A DNA stretch of 64,000 nt from Trichoplax sp. H2. Taxonomy: Eukaryota. The translations under genes and the position numbers were made by a program. Shown in pieces: positions 1 through 13,100 of the stretch. The stretch spans positions 372,001 through 436,000 of the forward strand of contig NOWV01000010.1 in the NCBI GenBank assembly GCA_003344405.1, given 5' to 3'. The stretch's first letter is position 1. Each line of letters begins with the position of its first letter. Under the pieces are notes generated by a model that worked only from the letters and a program-made list of their open reading frames with translations, searched no databases and was not told the origin of the DNA.

Positions 1-299
1 CGTCAACATGCGTAACTATTAAAGTGAGATATTTAATCATGATCACAACTGCAGCTCTTATTTTTGCTTTAAAATATGAGGTATTATTCTATATCATTAT
101 CTAGTTAAATTCTATCATAACGTATGCAATTAATATTAGAGATAAGCTAAAGAAGATAAAAGTATCTTCAAATTATAAATTTACAAAATATCAATTTAAT
201 TCAATTCCCATTCTACTTTTAATATTCGCAATTAATCAGTGAATATGAAAATTCAAATTATGTTTGATTCTTTCGCATAGCTAAATCAACCGTACAATT

Positions 300-3200
300 T
301 CAATATTACTTCCTGTCTTTCATTTCTTTATTTCATTTTCAATGCTATTCATTGCCATCCTTACGGAATAACAAGCAAAAATTGAATGGTGTTCCTGATA
401 TTAACCTTATTGATAGCTGCACTATTCTTGATCTTTTCTACGGTAGAATTCTTCAACTTTATAACATAGTGCATATTTCAATTGCTTCTTTATTTGATAG
501 TGGCACTATAGATATACTGCAATTATTGTTAGTATACAGTATACCGTTGTCATTACTACTATTATTAGAGAATTATTATTACAAGATTCTAGAAGGCATA
601 AACAATGCCAGCTGCACCTGTACTTTAAAAATCTAACAATCCTCAATACATTGATTTCTAAAAGGAAATTAATTTGAAAATTTTTTCCTTTATATGGTAA
701 GTCTGCTACATTGTATGTGGCTGCTGAATCAAGATGAATATCTCCAGAATTACACTATAGGATTGAATTATAAATTTGCCGGAGTAAATAATATGTTTTA
801 TAAATATGCAGTAATTATTACAAGATGATATCCTCATCTAGATGTAATTTATGTCATTGAATAACTATTAAGTGAGGAAATATTAACAATAGTCGGAAAT
901 CGGATTAAAACATTTTTTTCTGTTATTAGAGTGCATATTTTCACAAAGATAGATTAAATAAATCTTCATATCTAGACAGATGTAAAAATCTTCTACTCCA
1001 TTTATTTTATTTCTGTCCTGATAGATATATGAGCCTATCTAAAATTTATTTTTAATTCTACTTAAAAATATATTGTTATCAATCATTCTGAAAGAATAGT
1101 TGTAATGAATCGAGCCTTATTTGAATGATACAATGCCAACTTTAATTAAAAATAGTTATTATTTGACATTAGCAAATTAGTATTCATAGTTTAACTTGAA
1201 TAATAAGGTGTTTGTATTTTGGAGATGTTAACATCAATTCTAGCAAGACTAGCCAAGTAACCATGCTTTAGATAAAAATTAATGTTAAATATTTATATTA
1301 ATCATAGGTTAGCTGAATCTTACTCTAAGTCAATTCTCAAAACTTACAATCTATAAATTATATTACATAAACTTATGCGTGTGCTATCAATAGCAAATAT
1401 TATGATACAGATGACAATCCAAGATGCTTTGCCAGAAAAATCTAATAAAACAGATATTATAAGTAAAATTATTTTTATTAGTCCGACATTAGGCAATTGC
1501 TATTCTGAACCGAATCTACAAGTTCTAGATTCTAAAATATAATTTAAAGGCCTATGCTCTGAATAGGGATGCTTGAATGTTATAGTAAAGATAATAATTT
1601 ATGCTTTAAGCTGATGCCATTATAACACTTATTGTCGTCATAGTATTGTTATAAACAGGAAATTGATAAATAAATTAAGGCTATATAATAATTTAATCGA
1701 TAATATGCCCAGTACCTTAAGTTGAAGTTACAGAGCCTGCTGCAATTTATCGCTTTACTATAAGTATCGTTATTACCGTTCTATTGCTATTGTGCAGTAA
1801 TTATTTATTAATAAGTTTGTGTACTTAATATGTTATGCTTGTATGAAGTCAAATACTCTTTCGACACTTATCTGTATTTCTTAATTAAAGTTTTCTCTAG
1901 ATGTAATCCTTAATTTAAAAATAATACGCACATAGCACAGAATTTAAATCTAATCTTCTATGAAATTAGTAGTAAAGCAATAAGGTCTTTAATCCACTCG
2001 CGCTCAAAGGCTGTATCTAAGGGATATCGTCACATAATATTAACGTAATTGGAAAGGATACGAGAAAGCGAAACATTATAAATCTTTGATATAACACCAA
2101 TTTTAGTCCCAAATAGATATTATTTAACATTAATCGGAACCGTCATTATTTGTTAATTACTAATCGTTTTCCAAATTTTAATTTTATTATGCAATACTTT
2201 CAGCTAATTAATTGAATAGGTAGTTTTATGGTGACAAGGAATTATTATTAGAGTGATGTTAACGTCTGCTCTAGCAAAAATAAGCAAGTCATACTGTGGA
2301 TGAATTAGTAATAATATAGTTATAAGGTATTAGTCTTAGCTAGTTAAACTATTTTGGATAAATCTTATTTTATGTCAAATGTAGAAATTTTGAAATTTAT
2401 TAGTTACGTAAAGAAGAGTTAAGAAAAGGACTTCATTTTTTACTTATTTGATATAAAATGCATATTTTAAATGTATTTTAAGTAATTATGCAACATCAGT
2501 TTGATTCAGAATAGATATATCTACTTAGTTAATAAAATTACGTTTAACATGTATTAATTTATAGACGTGTCGTAATACCAAGCAAGATAGGCTTAATTAA
2601 TTAAAATATTTATAAATAAGGTACCGGTAATCACTGTAATTTGTTGTGATATATTGTAAGAATAATTTAAGGAGAGAGCTGATAAATATATTGACAGTGA
2701 ATAAGGTAACTTACCTTAAGGCTATATTATTTACATTTATAAAAGGCTAGCTATTAACTGCAGATCTGCTGTTTCTGCAATTTCTATGAATTAGATTATC
2801 TTTTGGATCTTTGTATTGATGATCTGGCTAAAACCTGATCCAGGCTATTATACATAATAACCGACCAAAGTCCGAATTAAGAGCAAAAATATTAGAATTT
2901 CGGGCTTTAACCGGCTATGCCAGTGCTTTAAGTATAGTATTAATCAGATTAATAGATTTTATTGCTCTATGGCAGTGTTTAGAAATGTACTGAAGTGACT
3001 GCACAACTACACACTAATCACATATACGTTGATTCTAATAACGTAATTCACTACAAAATTGACTTTCTATAAGTAACAATCACAAAGTTTGCGTGATCAA
3101 TTTAATCGAATATATACGGTACCCAGTACTCGTATTTATTTGTTTTGTTATATTATATTTTAGGTTAAACGACAATTAACTCAGTTTTTACTTTTTGTCA

Positions 3201-4830
3201 ATATTTCGGAAACCTATTTCGATTGCATAAAATACTGTACCATACAATCATTCTAAAATATAATGGATGATGCATCACATGGTCTAACTCAAAAATATAG
3301 CTATACTACATTGTATATAATCGAAATATGCTTGTGCATAGGAAGCGAAGACTTAAATTGATTGCTGCATTGCTTTAGAAAGTGATCTGACAAAAATAAG
3401 CACTATTCCTGTACTGGTCAAATTGAATCCATAGTGTTGAAATACGGCTAGATGATCTGCTATTGATAATTATAAATTACTGTAGTTATTTATTCTCCGA
3501 ATAATCAACTCTCATAGTAGCAAAATTTGTCTACAGTATTTAGCAATGTGCCAATGGAATTCGAGCATACTACATAATAAGCTACGATATCCCTGCCAGG
3601 GTTCGACATCGGATAATGTCGATAATTGTGATCAGTGAATTGGTTACAGATAATTAAATTATTGTTAACACATTTTTACCGTTAATCCTAAGAAGAAAAA
3701 TTGGCTATTCTCAGAAATTGATAATAAATTATTTCTTCGACTTTCAATATAGATTATTCAAGTTTCTATCGATAAATCATTCATTTTTGCAGTAAAGATT
3801 TCATGGCAGATAAATTTGTATGCAAGATTTGAATTATCATGGTTAAATCTGTTGTCGTATTTTTTCTAGCGATATGTCAGATATCTATGGCTTCAAGGTT
3901 GACTGAGCTGGATTGCAATATAACTAGCAATAAGCCCTCAATTACGAAATCAATTTTAGACATCGTGATGCATCCTATGGTCTTTCGATCAAGTATAGAA
4001 TTTTTTTCACTGGTTCATCACAGAGCCAGAAACTTGCTAACGATATGACTATTGCAGTATACAAAAGAAATGGGATACCCTCTTACTCATTTACCTCCAG
4101 GGTTTACAGTGCTGTCGAATGGTTTGCCGTTAATATTGGCCAAACCTGATAGGAATATCACTAATACTACCATGCAGATGGTATGAGTAAATTCAGAAAC
4201 AGATTTCACTGATCACTGTAAACGGGATAAAAAGTATCATTGCTTATTTGTTCAATACTTCTCTAGCTGAACTACACAGTAACAGCAAAACGCGAATATA
4301 TGTATGTTCTGAAAGCTGATATTTTTACAAAGATCACAACAAGGTGATTCGTGTCGACGTCAACGCGACATCTTGGTTTGAGTTTTACATAATTTTAGCG
4401 TACATGGTCTCATTTCTGATTGTATCCAAGTTATTTCTTTAGACTTCCCATAATTATCATTCTTTAATTAACACCATCGCCACTATAAATGGCGACAAAT
4501 GATTCGTACATCTAAATTACTTGATTTCGCGAGTATTGTGAAGGTATTCATTATTTACAGATGTGTTCCAGAAAGGGAGCATTACCAAATACTTGTGGTT
4601 ATACTGATATTAATTTTGCTTTGGATATTTCTATACCAATCTATGTGGCTATACGCATATTTCATACTGGTATCTTGGGAATTTGATCTTCCTCATTTAT
4701 GGTTTTTCAAGCAAGCATTTGTCACGTTATCTACAAGGCCAGATTTCTTCGCTTGCAGTTGCCTTGTGCTATTAATATATTGCAAGGTGTTATTATCATC
4801 TTTGTTATCGTCTATACAGTATTATAATAC
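300..4830 (+). pseudogene. Decayed LRR-ectodomain receptor with class-B/adhesion-type 7TM remnant (many stops and frameshifts; boundaries approximate)
   Basis: Scattered LRR-like peptides in shifting frames: LTIVGNRIKTF (883-915), NLQVLDSKI*FKGL (~1514-1554), DDASHGLTQ (3266-3292), RLTELDCNITSN (ORF 3839). An LRRCT-like VCR*YWPNLIGISL follows (~4120). Then, in one frame, ILGI* (4672-4686, TM6-like) and NILQGVIIIFV (4774-4806, resembling the class-B GPCR TM7 NxxQG motif). Confidence 0.5.
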
Positions 4831-5439
4831 GAGATAAGCTACGGTATTACCATATAATCCGGGGAGTTATACATAGTATGAGAGAGAAAGTAGACAGTGG
4901 AAAAAGGGAGTAATAATATTTTATTTAAGTAGTCCCTGGTATTACAACAACTCCGGCGATGTTGCGACAGTATTACAAATATCTACAGCTTCGCAGTTCA
5001 CTCGGGCGGGTTGAGATCTGATACCTGTAGAGAATGGTACAGCCTCAACTAATAAATTAACGATCGGAGTCATGATCTACCTACCGCTTTTTGTTGGAGT
5101 ACACAATTTTGATTAATCATCTATCCTCGAATACTGCCGATCATTTTTCTAACAGTACAAGTTTCGTGGCATACAATGAAAAAGGTTTCACTCTTACACA
5201 CTTGCTGCTACAGTCTACCTTTCTGCTCATGGCTTGCCAGGATATTTAACCAATTCTACTAAGACAGTAGCCGTAGCTAACCTGCGACTTATATGTACAT
5301 ATGCTTCTTTGCGTGATCGTTTGGAATGAACATTTCATCGGTTATTTATTGAATTATCCACTAGTTGAACTACCTTACAGTAAAACGCCGCTATACGCGT
5401 ATGTGAGTTCTATTAGCTACTGCTTTTAAAAATTTCAAG

Positions 5440-5975
5440 ATAAATAGATCAGTACCGATTTTTTATTCAATTTATTGATTCCAAATTGCAGTCTATTTTC
5501 TTTATGCACTCTCTTTATATTTTGTTTTCAAATTCTTACTTTCCATTTTCTATAATCATCATCCTGTAAATAATGGTATGAGGTTTATAAGCGGCTAATA
5601 AATGGTTTGCACTTCAATATCATTCCGTTTCGCAATAATCGTGAAGGCACTCATCTACAGAAGCGTTGCGGAAAAAAAGCAATAATAATTACTTTTAGCG
5701 ATGCTGAAATTAATTCTGCTTTGGATATTTCATTACTAGTCTATAACGTGTTATCATTTCAGTACATCGATTCCCATCGAGATCTTCTGCTTTACACTGA
5801 TGCACTTCCTGTAATATTTATAAGATCAGCATTGCTAGCTTACAGAATTAAATATCTGCATACAACTACAACCACAAACTTTGTTTGTGGGCCTATACTT
5901 GTTACAAAGTATTTTATTGTTGATAATCATGTGTACTATAAAAAACACAGATGCTTAACATTCCCCAAATTCTAA
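5440..5975 (-). pseudogene. Possible decayed TRIM (RING-B-box-coiled coil) gene
   Basis: Frameshifted minus-strand remnants in TRIM order: EC*..IC / KILC...VCGCSCMQ (RING-like, ~5965-5855), GIDVLK, QHR*K-NYYC...DECLH (B-box-like, ~5705-5640), ECIKKIDCNLESIN (coiled-coil-like, ~5510-5470). Confidence 0.3.
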
Positions 5976-7147
5976 ACTGCCTAAAAGTGTCTAATGATTG
6001 GTTCACATCTTCTATGAAGGATGCTTTTGCGAAATCTTACACTAGTTCCGCTTACATGTATTTATTTATGCTATTGCTTTCAAAGTGAATGACTTTAATA
6101 CCAAATCCAAAGGTTGCTATAAATATTTTCTCGTAATCTATTTTACCACAGCTTTTATTAATCTCTTCTACCTCTTGACGTATTTACTGTAATTGCTAGC
6201 GGTGTAGCTACTGCCACACTAAGCTACTGCGCATATACAGTAGATGTAGTGGCTAATACTAACGCTACTCTGGCTTTATTCTAAATGATGCAAAATCGCT
6301 GCTATCCTCTCATCAAAATACAATACGAATAACACCTTTATAAAAGCAAATAAAATGATTCACTGTCAATTTTGTCACCGATCAAGAGCGAACGTATTGC
6401 AATAATTATTTTATAGACATGTCGTACTCGAACTCTTAATCATACATTTAATCGAGTCTGCTCTCATCTTTTTTTGGATCGTATCATAGCTTGATATCAG
6501 AAAAATCGATTAAAATATAACAGGTCATTAAAACGCCTAATTTATTGAAAATTAGTCGGGAAAAAACTTCGTGATATGCACTACTTGGCTTATATTCATA
6601 ATCAATATAGCTCAAATTAATTAATGGCTTGTACCAGCACCATGTAATAAAAAGGTATTTAGCTCTGGTTGAATTTAAATGACTAATATCGTTATCATTA
6701 CCAAAAAAGTACGACCATAACTCGATGCAAAGATATACTGGGATAACTAAAATTTACAGATAACATAAAAATAATTGAATATACGATCAAAATACATCAA
6801 TAACAATTATATGATCTAATACTGTTCAATATCAAGTATCATCAGGAAGTATATGTCAGTCAAGGCACTGCATAATGTAATAGTGGCAATGTGAAATTGA
6901 TGTATCCCATTATATTCATACTCAATGGAGTAGCTACTGCACCACGTACAGTAATTTTTAAACTTAAAATAACTTACAAGATCTTATAAGGATACTAAAG
7001 CAGAATATGAATGTTAATATGATCACTTAAAGAATTTGGCACATGGTAGTCATGGTTGCGCTTCCTAACAAAGCAATTGTTACATCAAGGCAGTAAGAGT
7101 GACAATATGTATACATACATTTGTCTACTTCTCATAGCCTTATAATT

Positions 7148-10100
7148 TTACAAAGACTTAAGAATTTGGTTGGCTCTTTCACTAAGCGGAGTCCGTGAAT
7201 CAGTCGATAAAGCTTTTAATCTAACTATAAGTAGTTGATAATTTTCATCCTTCACCAACTTTTTCATTCGGTCCACTATTATGTTAATCAAGAAATAATT
7301 TCTGTTAAATGTAACTAGTATCCAGGGGCATTTCATGAATGTATAAATTAGTTAATCGTAAAGTATGTGTCGTTATGCCTCTTTAACACTTATATAGCGA
7401 CTGCACTCGAATGTTTCATACTAACCGCTTAGTTGTTTACATATTTGTTCCAGTAACTTCAAAGCACAAATTTTCACAGCTATGTACTTTTCATCTAGTA
7501 CAAAATATTAACGTATCATGCATTGTATTTACCCTATTGCAGTGGATTATTCTATGATCTTACATAATCAAATCCATACGTTTTAAAAAACTTGATTCAT
7601 TAATTATATATAACATAATTGCAATCATTACAGTACCATGAAATAATTATCGGCTAATGTCTACTGAATTAAGATAGGTACATTAGTTTAAATTAGTCAT
7701 AGAAATATACCAAGATTGTATCTCAGAGTGACTTCTGGTAAGCTAATAGCTTTTAATAGTAATGCGTAAAGTGATTTTCAAAGCTCAATATAGATAAATT
7801 TGTTCTACTACACAATGCGTTTATTATTTTAGATAAATAGTAATTAATTACTGACCTAAACAATCCAAAGTCGGTAACAGTACGTTCGACAATACAGTTT
7901 CCCACATCTCATCCGTAGTATCATTGTTGCATGCCCTTTGAAATTGAGGTATAGGGATAGTTAATTTAATCTGGAATTCTATCTATTACCAGAGTATTAT
8001 ACTTAGAATAATATTGGTAAGTGAACACTAGTAAACTCTACCTTTCCAAAAAATTTTCTGCAGCTAACAAAATTGGCATCTGAACTTTCCACGTATTTTT
8101 TACAAGTGAAGAGGACATCAGTACTATGTACTCTTTCATAATATCTATCAATTTGTATAAAAATTTAAAGTACTTAGCAATTTTAATAGTTGATCAATTA
8201 ATACGGTTCACTAAAATAATAATAAAGATAATTATACTTATATAACCTCAAACTCACCTGGTGAAGTGATAGAATCATGCCATGCGTTACCTAGACATTC
8301 AAAAATGCATGCTTTTAATTCGATGTTGCCTTCTTCCTTCTTGCGTTTTTCACCCTCATTACAGCTCTAGATAAGTGTTTTTGTAAGCAATAAATTATTG
8401 ACTACGAAATATAAAAGGACTACTGAAAGTTATCCATTTTATCTTGCAAATGATACTAATCTGATATTGATCTATTAACAATCTACAGATTACCTCTGAT
8501 TCTTCAAGATAAGGGATAACGATAGATTTAAATTCAACGAATTTATTAATCTTGAATACTTTTAAAAGTGTTGTTAGAGACTTCATAGCAATCATCTTAT
8601 ACGAAACATTTGATCTACGACATTCCCGCACAAATTTGTCTATAATCTAAAGGTAAAGAAGATATTATTATGAAATTAATATTGATAGTGTTGACTGAGA
8701 CAACATTACCAACCGCATTGATTGTAGCATTTTTACTATCTTCTTTTTGTTCTTCTAATGTATTTCTAAAAATATGTTAACAAAACGGATATAAATCATA
8801 GTGAAGATATACAATTGAGTAACATGAATCAACGTAATCTAAGACATCGTATGAAATATGAAAGCTGTCTACATGTTAATATTACATGTTAGCCTTGCAT
8901 AAAGAGGTAATAGCGTGGAGAACTGATTCCTATTATAAAATATTACAAAAATAGAAATATTAAATAAGATGTAATCGCTATCCTTCATAAGTTAGTAATT
9001 AAATTATGTTGTGGTAATACCTTGCCATCCCATACAGAGCCTGATAAAGCTAACTGAAGTGCTTCCAATGTATTAGTAAGGCTTACTAAGGGTAGTTCAC
9101 TGTCTACACAGCATAAAGATAATGTTTATCTTTCTTAAACTAGCAATATAAATATGGGATTGGTAATAGTATTAAAGAAATTTTTACTTTGTTTATCTGC
9201 AAGTGTCATGATTGATTTAGCTGCTTTTTCACGCGTTTTCCATGACTGCGATGATATACACTTGCAACTTATATCCAAAATTCCATCACGATATAATCGA
9301 ATTCCTCCCTCCATACCTAAAGGTTCGATATCAGTAACATACAAATACATGTATATTGTATAGTATTCTATTGAGTAAAAAAATTTATCGCTAAACTATG
9401 ATACTCTATCGTTAAAATGATTGTTCCTACCAGGAGTATTTTCTATCCATAATTCCTTCCACATCGATTTTAGGGTACTGTCTGAATCTGGAGCAAATTA
9501 GAACAAAAATAAATTGATAGTGAATCAAATGCAAAGCATATCATAGATTGAGGGATAAGAAAAAAGTAATTTTACCATTGTGATGCATAGCGAAAAATAT
9601 TAACGGCATCACTTCTGAGCGATAATTTTTGAATAATTCACTAGCGTATTCAGATATAGCACGAAGTACCAAGCCACAGTAGTTTTCACCTTCCTCATTG
9701 TCTTAAAAATAATAATCAATATATATTATAAAGTCTAACCTATTATCACGCGTTTGCATAACAATTATTACAGAACGCTAAATAGCCTTCTTTATTAATA
9801 GTATTACCACTCTCAAAATAGCCTTCTTTTAATATAGTGAATTGCTTAGACACGGTATTCTCCTTTGCAATCTATATCATAATGATGCAAATAAGCGGGA
9901 TTTTGACAATGTGTTTTTCACACATGCGGCAATCACTTATCAAAAAACTATGGTTTCTACTGGTAGCGTCAGTTATCAGTGATTGAAATTTTGTAATTCT
10001 TAAATTTAGCCCTTCAATTGAGGAAGATCTAGTTATAATTAGTACCGTAAAACTAAACAGATAGACTGATATCCTGCTATAAAAAATCCTTGAATTTGGC

Positions 10101-13100
10101 GTATGTACTTAAATAAATAAATAACATCTACAGTACATCGTAGAATGAAAACATGGAGTTCGCGTATATATTATTGTGCTGCCAGTGTAGCAGTTGCTCA
10201 CATAAAAATATTAAACGCGTTATTATAGCAAATTTCTACTCACAAGAAAATTGTCTGATGATATATTACTTAAAATTTCAATAATCTCAAAGTTGACATA
10301 ATCGTTGGTATAACCTTAACTAAGTGGCCGATGGCTGAGGCATAAGCCTTTGATATTGATAAATTTCTATCCTTTGGAGCATTAGAGAAGGCTTTTAATA
10401 GGCGACCTGCAGAGTCATGATACCTGGTGAGTGTGATATAACATTGCAAACATCATTTAAATGAATTTTATTTAAATGAGTCTCATTGCCTGCATGTGGT
10501 CGCAATTCCTTTGTTTTCAGATTAACAAGTTGTATCACAAAATGAGAACAACCAGCCTAATTTACATTCATTGTTATATTTTAATATTTTCTCTTCAATA
10601 TCGGATAGTTAAGATACGCGGACTTTACAGTTCAACAATTGAGATAAAAATTTATGTACATGTTAACATGATTTTACCTTGGTGCCTACACCTATACCAT
10701 GCCTGATAAGAGGAACAAGCTTGGGAATGAGTTCAGTTAAAATTTCTTCATCAATGTAATCAATGCACTATAATAATACATACGTTTAATACAGGGAATA
10801 TTGCATGTTAAATGATGTATTGTGATAGAGCTTATAGTTAAATAAATAAATATGTACCAGTTTTACGGTATCCATCATGGGGGATGATTTCGAGGCTGAT
10901 ACACGATGACTATCCAACTATAACATTGATTTAATTTAAAAAAAAATGATTGAGTATTCGATCATACAAATAAAAAACGAAGGATTTTCTCAGTCTTTTG
11001 AAACTCACTAGTTCTTGCGAGTCTTTATTACGCAGTTGCAGATATAAATAGTTCATAACCTATATAACGCAAATATTAATCATGCATTCTCTCTAGTATC
11101 AGATCATTCGTAAATTAAAAAATAAGATCTTTACCTGTGGTTCGAGCGAACTTAGGGATTCTATCATGGTCGGTATCAAGACGGCTATGTGCGGTTTAAG
11201 TGTAGCTGCCTATCGTTTTAACATTCAGTTAGTAGGAAATTACGTAATCGTTTCAAAACTAAATCATATAGCATTGACTTACTGCTTTTTTACCAATTTC
11301 AACAACCGTATTAAGGCTGAACATCCAAATATTTTGTAGCGTGCCAATGATAAACGATTCATTAAATATATACCTTATATACAATATAGATACTAATCAA
11401 TGTAATTTGAAACCATGATATTAACCTAATAGCTCTGATTTCTTCAGCTCGGCTACCAATGCCTTTATTAGATAGCAAAATAGGTAAAACACTATCGACA
11501 ACTTCATGGCTTGCTTTGCTACTCAAATCGCTGCTAATTTTTATTGTAACCTACATAAAATTCGAGATAAAATATTTGATTATACTCACTTTGATCGATA
11601 AAAATCAGCTATCATAAGATTCTACATCATGTCATATTAACCTTGATTAGAGTTTGGCAGGAAACTGCAGCCGCCTTACGAACCGTTTCCTGTTATTAAA
11701 CCATTAGGGCTTCATTATAAATTCATATTACATAATATTGTCATATTATAAAAATACGTACGTTACAACGTGCAAAGCAAAAATATTTCGCAATTACACG
11801 ATATAATTACAACTTATCTTACTTTTATATCGTCCAAAACTAGAAGGCAAGATTCCCATAATTTAGGCAAATAAGTTATAATACTGTCGATGGATCGACC
11901 ACTTAACAAATCACTTACGGCTAGACAACTATAATAAAAGCATTACATCATGAATTATAAGGCCATTTACAGAAAACAATTTTTAATATTTATCAGGACC
12001 TCCAGATGAAAGTTAATGAGTTGGAAAATTCACCTCGATTCTCTCACTCTCCAAAATTTATTCGTTAAATTCTTCGATAAATCTTTAGCAATTTCTACCA
12101 TATATTTATCGACTATCTTGGTATCGGGCACTAAAGCAGACCAGATGCTATTCATTGATTTTTGGATTTTGGGATCGTAACGATAACTTCATAAAATAAC
12201 AAGATGAAAACTGAATATTTAATATTAAGGTTATAATTATTAGTAACAACGTTAAGACGATCATTTAGGTACCGGAATAATCTTGGAATTAGTTTTGGTA
12301 AATATGGTTCTAATTCTTTTCTAGCTTGACTAGCGATTGAAGAAAATCCGATTGCTGCACCCTATTTATAATCAATCATAAGTTCAAAGGGAGTGATACA
12401 ACTGATGACAGAGTAGTGGTAACTTAGAGTTACATGTTAGAAATGTGAATCGACTATGGACGATAACATGGTCTTTGAAAGCGCAATACGAAATCTTGCA
12501 TTTAATTCTAAAGTTCTGTACGCACAATACATTGAATTTAGAGTCACCCGTGTCATACGTTCTGTGTATAAACTCTGCAGTACATCATACAGTAGACTAC
12601 ACATATATATTAAATTGATTTAACGGACTCGTAGAAAGAGATATAAGAATGTTAATACGCTGTATTCATTAAGAAGGAAATAAGTGCGTGTCCTATGCAA
12701 ATCCAGATGAAGGATAGCTTATGGTCGATCAACGAAAAACAGCCCACATGTTACATCTATCAATATAAATAATAATAGTGAAATATATTGTTGTACCTTA
12801 CGAGAATTCCACAATGCATTATGATTTGCTAAATGCATAAATTTATAAATTAAATCCGGTCGATTCAGATCAGTTGCGACAGCACATAACTCTTTGTATG
12901 TTGACATGCTAGAGCTGCAAAAATAAGTATTACGCTACTGCTTAAAATTGATATAGGATAAATAAACTTAAACTTTTATAATCGTGAAAGGTAACATACC
13001 CTTCCGGAGTTTCACCGACTTCATTGTTTTTGAATACGACAGTATCGGATGTGACATGTGCACCCGCCCTTTTAATAAAACCGCATAAAAATTTTAAAAT

